Below are positions 25,701 to 37,700 of a stretch of 64,000 nt of DNA, piece after piece; position 1 is the first letter of the stretch, and every line of letters begins with the position of its first letter. Under the pieces are notes generated by a model, which did no database searches, was not told where the DNA came from, and worked only from the letters and a program-made list of their open reading frames with translations. The stretch is from Oculina patagonica (lineage: Eukaryota): assembly GCF_052425735.1 (NCBI RefSeq), contig NC_135760.1, positions 558,001 to 622,000 on the forward strand. Direction: 5' to 3'. Both the position numbers and the translations under genes were made by a program.

Positions 25701-28700
25701 TTTATGTACTCTAGTTGCTTGATGTACTCTGGTTGCTTTATGTACTCTAGTTGCTTGATGTACTCTGGTTGCTTTATGTACTCTAGTTGCTTGATGTACT
25801 CTGGTTGCTTTATGTACTCTAGTTGCTTGATGTACTCTGGTTGCTTTATGTACTCTAGGTGCTTGATGTACTCTGGTTGCTTTATGTACTCTAGTTGCTT
25901 TATGTACTCTGGTTGCTTGATGTACACTAGTTGCTTTATGTACTCTAGTTGCTTTATGTACTCTGGTTGCTTAATGTACTCTAGTTGCTTGATATACTCT
26001 GGTTGCTTCATGTACTCTACTTGCTTTATGTACTCTAGTTGCTTGATGCACTCTGGTTGCTTTTATGTACTCTACTCGCTTCATGTACTCTAGGTGCTTT
26101 ACGAACGCGAATTTTAGAAATTCGCGTTAATTTACGTCGCGTTCACTTTTGTTAGCGTTTATTTCCGCAGCGTTAATTAAATCGAGCGTTTATATCCACT
26201 ACCTTCATTTCCATTATTTTGCCCCCAATTTCTCGATACAGTCCCACGTTCTTGACTCCTCTTAAAAAGGTCTCCCTCCTCTCACTCGCGTTAATTTCCT
26301 TTATTGGAAAGTATTTTTTTCCTTCAATTGGCGTTAATTTAATCGCGTTAATTTTAAATAACTTAAATAACACAAGCGATAATCTTCTATACATGTAATA
26401 AACAAATATTCCTTGAGCACGCGTTGAATACAAGATAATAGGTAGCCAGTGCCATTAGAAGAAGTAGAACATTTCTTTTTCCTCCATTAACGAACAGAAT
26501 ACAAAAAACTTATTTGTCAATCGCAAGAGTCTCATAGCTTGCAGATGCAGACGTTTTTCTGCTGTCGCTAAAGAGGTTTTCCTCGGTCATGATGTTGTCT
26601 GAGAAGATTGTCTCAATGTTAACTAAAGCAAATCGTTGAAATGGATAATTTTGCTCTTGGTGTTTGAAGATTTTGAAACACATTTCAAAATAAATATTAA
26701 CGCTATAAAAACATGACGTTTCGGCGACGACATGTCACCATTATCAAATATAAATTTTACATGGTACAGAACGATATTTATAGAAAAGAAAGGTAAAACT
26801 AAATTACAATAAATGAGGCGCGGAAAACAGAAAAATGTGCATAACTAAGTAAACAGTTTCGCTGGAATGGAGTCCTTTTGAGTGTTCAGGAATGGTTTCT
26901 ACTTCCTAATTAAGGTGGCTCGATCGGATTTTTGAGTGACGATACCTTTCAACTTTGAGCAACTTGTATGTCACCGTGAACAATCTGACTGAAAATCAAT
27001 CAATATAGCTGTACTAAAGAAAGATGAAAGTTTTGAATGAGATAAGTTTCATCGAAATCGGAGTAACCATAGCAACAAAATGATGTCACCACCCATTTTA
27101 CACGAGACCGATTTTCTTGTAATAGAGGGATAATTTTGAAAAAAGGCTTCTAAATCTTGGACTTGACATAGTTTTCTCAAGGTCTGCGAAATTTGAAGAA
27201 TTTCTATGAGAGGGTTTTCGAGAAAATTTTGGATGAAGTTTTCAGGTGCTAAAATACAACAAAAACAAAGCAGTCTTAAAGCATTATTGAGAAAACGTCC
27301 ACAAGGCCCGATCAAGCAACATTTTGGCCTTAAGTGAATCTTGTACTATCCAATTACCTTGGGAGAAAATCTCAGAGAAATCGTTTCATTTGATTTCTTG
27401 AAACATCGGCTTGAATATGAACTGGTATGAAGTGTTATTTCGCTCTTTTATCGAAAAAGGGCCTTCGCTTACTAAAATGATCGCAAAATAAAAAGCGCTC
27501 GATAGAATTTTAGCTATATTGATTGATTTTCAGTCAGATTGTTCACGGTGACATACAAGTTGCTCAAAGTTGAAAGGTATCGTCACTCAAAAATCCGATC
27601 GAGCCACCTTAAGAGCATCTCGTAAATTAGGCACTCAAACTTTTCGCGGCATTTCTTTCAGATGGCAAATTGGCTGGGAAGGTCGAGCAGCTTTTAAATG
27701 TGTTGTTCTTGAAGGTGTTTACCAATTACGGAGTATCTGTGCTCCTCGATGCGCAGGTGAAGGTGGCGGCTCGTGTAGCCAATATAATTCGCATCGCACG
27801 AATTACATTTAAATTCATATACTACACTTTGTTGGTTTACTAGAGAGGGCTTTGTTTCCGTGAACTTCAAATCTTCAGAGATTTTCTTGCTTGTGAAGAC
27901 TGGTGTTATTTCACGATCTATTTTCTTTCCAGGGTCACACAGTTCTCTTCGTACGTAGTCACCCGATTTTTGATCTTTGAATGGCAAGGTGATGCATACA
28001 GGGCTGTCCGCTGGGGCAATACAGCTTTCGTTCTGGTCTTGAGAGGAATAAAATCTGTTAAGGACAGTCAATCACTTTCCCGGGATATTTCAGTTTCAGG
28101 AATGTGGTCTTTAGTTCCCTACATTCTTATGCGAAGAGATCCGGCGAGGAAGACAGGCGTCCTTTGTTGGTCTTTTTCCTGTAGACAGATGTGTTAAGGC
28201 GGTTATCGGTCCTAATGATTACCATGCCTACAAAGGATAACATGTTGTTGACTGCCGTTTCCATTGTGAATTGGATTGCTGGGTGCGCGTCATTCAAGAT
28301 TGTTACGAGATCAGTTGCAGAGGGAAGGTCAGGTACTAGTGCGTGTCATCGACGTATCTCTTGTAGAATTTGGGAGTTTTGTTTTCACGTGCTAGTTTCT
28401 CTTCAATGGAGCACATAAAGGTGTTTGCCATTAATGGTCCCAATGGTGATCCCATGGCAATGCCGTCTATTTGTTCGTACAAATCGCCGTTAAACTGAAA
28501 ATGTTGATCATTTGTAGCAATTGTAAGCGGCACGATAAGGTCACCTTCACTGATGTAAAGATTATGTGTGTTATTAAACCAGTTCCCATTGAATTGTATG
28601 TGTGCTGAGCGTGTTATCTGAAGATAACGTGTAAGTTGTTTTTCTACAGCGAAAGGACCATAGGCGTACGGGCAACGTTTGCCCAAAAATGCATAGTTGC

Positions 28701-31700
28701 CTAAATTTTTACGAAACAGTCGACAAGAAACGAGGGTCATACGATGCACTAACATACAAGCTAGCTTACAAATAAATGAATTCTTACATAGGAATCTATC
28801 ATATACGAGCTTGTAAATAATGAGAACATTGTCCGTTTTTGTTCGTTCTAACTCAGTTTCCAAAAACAAATATTAAAAAAATAGAGGTGGCCCCGAAAAA
28901 GGAAGCGAAAGGGGACGAGAAACATTTTTTTTTTACTTGGCCTTACTCACACGTTATCGCCCCATCAGGTGCTGTGGAGGTAAGTTTTCAATCTGCGCAA
29001 CGCACTGAATGATCATTCTGTAGCACACAATGTAGCAGGTTTCACTGCATGCCACGTAAGGAAACTTTGAAATTTAACAAATAGATAATTCTCTTGCATT
29101 GTCTATATCATTTCTGAAACAGTCATGTAGCCTAATCCGCGCACACGTCGAACCTCGCGCACATTTTCTGCTCGACTTTCAGAATCTCGCCGTCAATTTC
29201 TTTATCAGGCATTTCACTGTGACAGATATTTGCAGTACAGTGCCCAACAGTAAACAAAGTAAAGGTTAAAGTAGATAATATCTATCTCTTCGAAAAGAAA
29301 ACTTCTTTAAAAACTGGCTGTGCTCAAATTTCTCTTGCTGCCTTCTCTTTCTCTGAGTGGCCCCAAATTTGGGGGGAGGGGGCTGCAACCCCCCTTCCTC
29401 CCTCGGCCCGTACGCCTAAGGAAATGACGTTTAGAACTTACATATTATTTTGGCGTCTTAATTAATGACCATTATGGAGTAAAAAACACTGTAAAACTGA
29501 ACTAAACTGCGCTTATACATTTTCTTACCCTGTCAATTACCTTTGACAATATTTAACGCTGCCAACAGACTACCGTGAAATACTATCAAAGTTTGGAACG
29601 CGCAATGTATTTCTGTTTCACGTTTATGTTATGTAAAATTGAAGAAAGGTTCACCCTGTGAAAAGCATAAATCCTGAACGATAAAAACGAATGGCATTCT
29701 GTGGACCTGATTACATGAGCCGGGCTGGCCCGGCTAGCCGGGCTGGCTCGGTTTGCCGAGATCTCGGCACGTCTGTTAAACGCAACAAAAATCAACTTCG
29801 CGATTACATGACAACCGGGCCAGCCCGGTTAGCCGAGATCCCGGTATCGCGATGCCGGGATCTCGGCTAGCCGGGCTGAAAATTTTCCATGTAATCGCGT
29901 TAACCGGGCCAGCCCGGCTAAGCGGGCCAGCATTAAATTTCTCTTCCGAGCACAATATCCGACGAAAAAATCAATGCTACTCCTTCTAAATAGGATGTAG
30001 AGGTAACGTAACCCATCCAGCTGCATAAGTACAAAAAATTAACAACCAAATTGCCGGGAAAAGGTGATTAAGATCATTCGTGCTCTGATTATTCATGCTA
30101 AAACCGGGCTGAAAGTCATCTCGGCAAACCGGGCCAGCCCGGCTAACCGGGCTCATGTAATACCGAGCTGAAAGTCATCTCGGCAAACCGAGCCAGCCCG
30201 GCTCATGTAATCAGGCCCTGTGAAGTCAGCATTGGTGCGCAGAGAAATATTCTGTTTATATAATTATTTGTTAATTGAGATATTTTCTTCTTTTGGGGCA
30301 TAAGAGCAAGATTTATGCAACCTGTCATATCATATTGTTTATTATTATTCAAACATCAGTTAAATACCAGAAAATCTTTAGCCTCCGTGGCCGGCGTTCA
30401 AAGGGGAAGGAGGAGGGGAGTTCGAGTACGATGCGCGAGGTGCGAGAAGAGAGCGCGAAGCGTTCTCACCTTGCACCTCGCGCATCGCGCAACGCACTCG
30501 AACTCCCCTCCTCCTTCGCCTTTAAACGCCGGCCACGGAGGCTAGGAAATCTTTCGCGCTAATTTTGTGACAAGTTTGCCCTGTTTCAATGCTGAATGAA
30601 CCAAAGTAAATCGATATTTGGTTGAATATCTCCGTGCAACCATGTAATATCCTCTTCTTCTGTCACAGACGTCGGGGATGATTTTTTTTTAGATTTCCCA
30701 GTTAAAACTTGGGTCTCAAATGCTTTTCACGGGTTAACGTTTCTTCAATCAGGTATATATTGAAATTGCATGGTTTTGATACTTCGTCTGATCTACATCT
30801 AAAAAAGAATCCTCTGTAAATGAATTTTTTTAGCCTGGGAATGTTCTTGAAAATTTCGCCATTTGTAACTCCGCCTTTGTGAGATATCGACAATTTAGTG
30901 TTCTCTCTAAGAATGTAAGCTTGAATATTGCTTCTGGTCCGATCTCAAAAGCATGCAAACTCGCTCGAGAACCTCCTCTCCTTCCTATCAAGGTCTGCAA
31001 GGCTGGGAAACCATCCTTGAAGTTGGAGGACTTCCTAACCCGTGGTTACCCCTAGTTAAGATAAGATTTAAGTTGTTATGTCGGTTACGGTATACTGTGG
31101 TAGAACAACAAATTAGAATGGAATACCTTTTTTAAAAGGTAAAAGCGCTAGGGCGTTCAAACGAGAGATTTTATACACAACTAAAATAAACATCAAACTT
31201 GATGCCCTGTTATTAAGAAGTATAGGTTTAAAAATATGAAAGTCATAAACCCATCCCGAGAGCATTAGACCGGACTTATCTTCTGCTGATTCATGGGTAC
31301 TTTGTAGTTTACAAGATCAATCAGTTCTAAAGCATAGTGTGTCTATAATGTTCCTGTCTTATCGTAAAACCTTATTCTCTAAGTGATTAAGCACACACAT
31401 TTCACTTCACATGAATTCTTTTATTTAGAACATTTCTCTCTTGAACAAAATAAGGTAAGAAACTGTAACCTAGGAATACTTAAAACTGGAACTATATCAG
31501 ATTCAACATTTCTAAAAGTTCACCACATTATGCAAAGCCAACCTGAAGTTAAAGTGCAAACTACCCTTCAATAAGACATGTAAGTCGGGAAAAGTGGTGA
31601 ACCTTTGATAAAAATACAATTACCGTAATTACTCGAATAAGCGCCGCCCCCGAATAAGCGCCGCATTCGGGACAAAAAAGTTAATAAGCGCCGCCCCCGA

Positions 31701-34700
31701 ATAAGCGCCGCAGTCCCGATGCGGTGCTTATTCGAGGATTTCCGTTAAGCTTAAAACAGCACTATAAAGCAACTCTAAAACAAACTTGGACATTTCTTAC
31801 CATCAAAAGCGATGTTTTACAGTTCAAAGTGATTGTTATACCGCTCGCCTATTAGTTTTTCTATCCAACATTCTTACAATACGTAGTTCTGTAAATGTTA
31901 TGAAGGCCACGAACTTTGCCAGGACAGCTAGTGCCAATTCTCTCCTCAACAAGAGACAAAGAATAACAATGAAAAGACGCTATATTCAGTTACTGTAAAA
32001 GATAAGATTCTTTGTGGCGTCCAAATTTTAAATAAGCGCCGCCCTCGAATAAGCGCCGCACTTGAAGCGCGAAAAATTTAATAAGCGCCGCGGCGCCTAT
32101 TCGAGTAAATACGGTAGTAGTATAAAAAAATCCTATGAATTTGACATAATTGTAATAATATTAAGAAAAAAATATATGAATAAATAAAAAGATACAGCTT
32201 TTTACAATTTTCAATCAATGAAATTTTTCATGATAAACTCATCATTCAACGTTAAGTGTTTCCACTAAAATCACAATAACCAGGACGGTCACAAGCTAAG
32301 AATTTTGCACAAGAAATCACTTAAATTCGTTGTCACATTGTCTGCCAAAGAAAATACTCAAAGTAACTAAATTGCATAATGCGACGTGCAAGCAAGACAA
32401 AGATTTGATTTTTGTTCATTTTGAATATCATTTACAATCTGACAGAGCAAATCAGATCGAGTAAAGCCAGAAGAAGGATATGAAAACGGTAGAAAGTAAT
32501 AAGGGAAGGGTAGGGGAAAAGCAGTGGTTAACAATTCTCGGCAATAGAGCCAAAGACGGGGCGAGTAGAGTACATCAGGCAACCAGAGTACATGAAGCGA
32601 CTAGAGTATATCAAGCACTTAGAGTACATCAAGCGAGTAGAGTACATCAAGCAACTAGAGTACATCAAGCACCTAGAGTACATCAAGCGAGTAGAGTACA
32701 TGAAGCACCTAGAGTACATCAAGCACCTAGAGTACATCAAGCGAGTAGAGTACATCGAGCATGTAGAGTATATCAAGCACCTAGAGTACATGAAGCAACT
32801 AGAGTACATCAAACGACCAGAGTATATCAAGCACCTAGAGTACATTAAGCAACCAGAGTACATAAAGCAATCAGAGTATATCAAGCACCTAGAGTACATC
32901 AAGCAACCAGAGTATATCAAGCACCTAGAGTACGTCAAGCACCTAGAGTACATGAAGCAACTGGAGTACACAAAGCACCAACAGTACATCAAGCACCCAG
33001 AGTACATGAAGCAACTAGAGTACATCAAGCACCTAGAACACATGAAGCAACCAGAGTACATCAAGCAAGTAGAGTACATCAAGCACCCAAGGTACATGAA
33101 GCACCCAGAGTACACAAAGCACCTAGAGTACATCAAGCAACTAGAGTACATCAAGCAACTAGAGTACATGAAGCAACTAGAGTACATCAAGCACCTAGAG
33201 TACATCAAGCGAGTAGAGTACATCAAGCAAGTAGAGTATATCAAGCGAGTAGAGTATATCAAGCAAGTAGAGTATATCAAGCACCTAGAGTACATCAAGC
33301 ACCTAGAGTACATCAAGCACCTAGAGTACATCAAGCACCTAGAGTATATCAAGCACCTAGAGTACATCAAGCACCTAGAGTACATCAAGCACCTAGAGTA
33401 CATCAAGCGAGTAGAGTATATCAAGCAAGTAGAGTATATCAAGCACCTAGAGTACATCAAGCACCTAGAGTACATCAAGCACCTAGAGTACATCAAGCAC
33501 CTAGAGTACATCAAGCGAGTAGAGTACATCAAGCAAGTAGAGTATATCAAGCACCTAGAGTACATCAAGCGAGTAGAGTATATCAAGCAAGTAGAGTATA
33601 TCAAGCACCTAGAGTACATCAAGCACCTAGAGTACATCAAGCACCTAGAGTACATCAAGCACCTAGAGTACATCAAGCGAGTAGAGTACATCAAGCAAGT
33701 AGAGTACATCAAGCACCTAGAGTACATCAAGCGAGTAGAGTATATCAAGCAAGTAGAGTATATCAAGCACCTAGAGTACATCAAGCACCTAGAGTACATC
33801 AAGCACCTAGAGTACATCAAGCACCTAGAAAACATCAAGCGAGTAGAGTACACAAAGCAACTAGAGTACAACAAGCACCCAGAATACATAAAGCAACTAG
33901 AGTACATCAAGCACCTAGAGTACATCAAGCGAGCTCGAGTAGAGTACATCAAGCAAGTAGAGTACATCAAGCACCTAGAGTACATCAAGCGAGTAGAGTA
34001 CATAAAGCAAGTAGAGTATATCAAGCAACTAGAGTACATCAAACACCTAGAGTACATCAAGCGAGTAGAGTAAATCAAGCAACTAGAGTACATCAAACAC
34101 CTAGAGTACATCAAGCGAGTAGAGTACATCAAGCACCCAGAGTACATGAAGCACCTAGAGTACATCAAGCGAGTAGAGTACATCAAGCACCTAGAGTACA
34201 TCAAGCACCTAGAGTACATCAAGCGAGTAGAGTAAATCAAGCAACTAGAGTACATCAAACACCTAGAGTACATGAAGCACCTAGAGTACATCAAGCGAGT
34301 AGAGTAAATCAAGCAACTAGAGTACATCAAGCACCTAGAGTACATCAAGCGAGTAGAGTAAATCAAGCAACTAGAGTACATCAAGCACCCAGAGTACATC
34401 AAGCGAGTAGAGTACATGAAGCACCTAGAGTACATCAAGCGAGTAGAGTACATCAAGCACCTAGAGTACATCAAGCACCTAGAGTACATCAAGCGAGTAG
34501 AGTAAATCAAGCAACTAGAGTACATCAAGCACCCAGAGTACATCAAGCGAGTAGAGTACATCAAGCACCTAGAGTACATCAAGCGAGTAGAGTACATCAA
34601 GCACCTAGAGTACATCAAGCACCTAGAGTACATCAAGCGAGTAGAGTAAATCAAGCAACTAGAGTACATCAAACACCTAGAGTACATGAAGCACCTAGAG

Positions 34701-37700
34701 TACATCAAGCGAGTAGAGTACATCAAGCACCTAGAGTACATCAAGCACCTAGAGTACATCAAGCACCCAGAGTACATCAAGCGAGTAGAGTACATCAAGC
34801 ACCTAGAGTACATCAAGCGAGTAGAGTACATCAAGCACCTAGAGTACATCAAGCACCTAGAGTACATCAAGCGAGTAGAGTAAATCAAGCAACTAGAGTA
34901 CATCAAACACCTAGAGTACATGAAGCACCTAGAGTACATCAAGCACCTAGAGTACATCAAGCGAGTAGAGTAAATCAAGCAACTAGAGTACATCAAGCAC
35001 CCAGAGTACATCAAGCGAGTAGAGTACATCAAGCACCTAGAGTACATCAAGCGAGTAGAGTACATCAAGCACCTAGAGTACATCAAGCACCTAGAGTACA
35101 TCAAGCGAGTAGAGTAAATCAAGCAACTAGAGTACATCAAACACCTAGAGTACATGAAGCACCTAGAGTACATCAAGCGAGTAGAGTACATCAAGCACCT
35201 AGAGTACATCAAGCACCTAGAGTACATCAAGCGAGTAGAGTAAATGAAGCAACTAGAGTACATCAAACACCTAGAGTACATGAAGCACCTAGAGTACATC
35301 AAGCGAGTAGAGTAAATCAAGCAACTAGAGTACATCAAGCACCTAGAGTACATCAAGCGAGTAGAGTAAATCAAGCAACTAAAGTACATCAAACACCTAG
35401 AGTACATGAAGCACCTAGAGTACATCAAGCGAGTAGAGTACATGAAGCATTTAGAGTACATGAAGCACCTAGAGTACATCAAGCGAGTAGAGTACATCAA
35501 GCGAGTAGAGTACATCAAGCGAGTAGAGTACATCAAGCAACCAGAGTACATCAAGCAAGTAGAGTACATCAAGCACCAAGAGTACATCAAGCACCTAGAG
35601 TACATCAAGCGAGTAGAGTAAATCAAGCAACTAGAGTACATCAAACACCTAGAGTACATGAAGCACCTAGAGTACATCAAGCGAGTAGAGTACATCAAGC
35701 GAGTAGAGTACATCAAGCGAGTAGAGTACATCAAGCACCTAGAGTACATCAAGCACCTAGAGTACATCAAGCGAGTAGAGTAAATCAAGCAACTAGAGTA
35801 CATCAAACACCTAGAGTACATGAAGCACCTAGAGTACATCAAGCGAGTAGAGTACATCAAGCGAGTAGAGTACATGAAGCAACCAGAGTACATCAAGCGA
35901 GTAGAGTACATGAAGCAACCAGAGTACATCAAGCGAGTAGAGTACATGAAGCAACTAGAGTACATCAAGCACCTAGAGTACATCAAGCGAGTAGAGTACA
36001 TGAAGCAACTGGAGTACATGAAGCAAGTAGAGTACATCAAGCGAGTAGAGTACATGAAGCAACTGGAGTACATGAAGCAACTAGAGTACATCAAGCAAGT
36101 AGAGTACATCAAGCGAGTAGAGTACATCAAGCGAGTAGAGTACATAAAGCAACTGGAGTACATGAAGCAACCAGAGTACATGAAACAACTAGAGTACATC
36201 AAGCGAGTAGAGTACATGAAGCACCTAGAGTACATCAAGCACCTAGAGTACACAAAGCACCTAGAGTACATAAGCGAGTAGAGTACATCAAGCACCCAGA
36301 GTACATCAAGCACCTAGAGTACATAAGCGAGTAGAGTACATGAAGCAACCAGAGTACATCAAGCACCTAGAGTACATCAAGCAAGTAGAGTACATCAAGC
36401 AACTAGAGTACATCAAGCAAGTAGAGTACATCAAGCACCTAGAGTACATGAAGCACCTAGAGTACATAAAGCAACCAGAGTACATCAAGCAACCAGAGTA
36501 CATGAAGCAACCAGAGTACATCAAGCACCTAGAGTACATCAAGCGAGTAGAGTACATCAAGCACCTAGAGTACATGAAGCACCTAGAGTACATAAAGCAA
36601 CCAGAGTACATCAAGCAACCAGAGTACATGAAGCAACCAGAGTACATCAAGCGAGTAGAGTACAACAAGCGAGTAGAGTACATGAAGCAACCAGAGTACA
36701 TCAAGCAAGTAGAGTACAACAAGCAGGTAGAGTACATGAAGCAACCAGAGTACATCAAGCGAGTAGAGTACATGAAGCAACCAGAGTACGTCAAGGACCT
36801 AGAGTAGAGTAGAGGAGAGTACATCAAGAGTATAGTGCTAATTATATATTGGGGACATAATAGTTCCCCATACATAACGTCCCTACCCGTTTTTATAAAG
36901 TTGACCGCTGACCGAAAAATGGTTTTTTTTTTTTTCTATTGGATTGCGGGCTCATTAACTATATTTTATGCCTACGGTCAGTGACTTCAGATATTTAAAT
37001 AAAGGGCAAAGTAAATTACTGGGGAGCTCCGCTTTTAGGCTTGGCTAAATCTATTTAATAATCCTAAGCTGAAAAACGAGAAAGTTTCAAATAACAATTT
37101 TATCTTACTCCCCAAAATCCCCTTCAACGTTATTCAAACCTGATTAACGGAAGTTAAAATGACTAAGATGTCTTACCTTTAGAAGCAGCAAGCTGAAAAT
37201 TGAAGGAATCAAAAAATATTTTGTCAGAATGTCTTGGGTCACTAACGAGTTTACACACATGTAAAAAGTTATCTGTTTACTTCTTATTATTTTATCGATT
37301 GAAATTGTTTGTAAATGGTTGTAATTATAATAGGAGTTTTCAGTGGCACATCCACAGAGTGGCGGTTCATATCATCCACTGTTTTCAGGATGGATCGAAT
37401 TGGAATTTAGAAGCGTTGTTTTTGTGCACGTGGAGGGAGGACGGAAAACTGGACAACCGAGAGAAAAACCCTCGGAGCAAGGACGAGAACCAACGACAAA
37501 CTCGAGCCACATATGAAGCCGGGTCCGAGATTCCAACCTGGCCACATTGGTGGGAGGCGAACGCTCTCACCAGTGCGCCATCCCCGCTCCCCGAGTGACC
37601 AAATCAGTTTTCGATTGAGTGTCGTTAAGCCAAAACCAAAGTTATCACTCTGGTGAAAAACAAAGGACAAAGACAATCCACTTAACCAATCAATACTCGA

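Larger units (their letters stand above)
26690..28585 (-). mobile_element. Penelope-like retroelement remnant (RT plus GIY-YIG endonuclease), 5'-truncated and frameshifted
   Basis: RT: FQFNGDLYEQIDGIAMGSPLGPLMAN...YKRYVDD. GIY-YIG: VVYEFKCNSCDANYIGYTSRHLHLRIEEH. The C-terminus KPFLNTQKDSIPAKLFT* follows an inserted MITE. Confidence 0.85.
23691..36887. mobile_element. 13.2-kb foldback-type DNA transposon with minisatellite arms (non-autonomous, possibly Merlin-related)
   Basis: 8-bp TSD CGTTTTTA at 23683-23690 and 36888-36895; 61-bp terminal IR GGTAGGRACGTYATGTATGGGGAACTATTATGTCCCCAATATATAATTAGCACTATACTCT (2 mismatches); inverted 18-bp arrays inside. Confidence 0.88.
23382..37055. mobile_element. 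HINE/DINE-1-like non-autonomous element (about 470 bp), split by the foldback insertion into 23382-23690 and 36888-37055
   Basis: Subterminal inverted repeat AGCGGAGCTCC (23388-23398) / GGAGCTCCGCT (37023-37033); 5' GC hairpin; internal (CGTA)n; 3' stem-loop TTTAG-GCTTGG-CTAAA; the motifs CCGCTGACC and GCGGGCTCA occur in both halves. Confidence 0.6.

Noticed and set aside
23758-26093. 594-aa, 350-aa and other repeat ORFs in the left arm
   Set aside because: Same minisatellite artefact; the frame breaks at a 2-nt deletion near 25503.
30600-31450. Possible transposase or captured exon remnants in the foldback interior
   Set aside because: Short open stretches lack recognisable DDE, Merlin or MULE motifs; cannot be supported without a search.
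32528-36313. 1261-aa Cys/Tyr/Met-rich ORF (CLMYSR)n and the antisense (EYIKHL)n ORFs
   Set aside because: A by-product of an 18-bp (multiple of 3) unit whose variants rarely make stops. Open on both strands, inside transposon arms within an intron, with no unique N- or C-terminal domain.
23752-36826. CRISPR-like appearance (constant frame plus variable slot)
   Set aside because: The variable parts are 4-6 nt from a handful of recurring variants rather than unique spacers; eukaryotic context and no cas genes.
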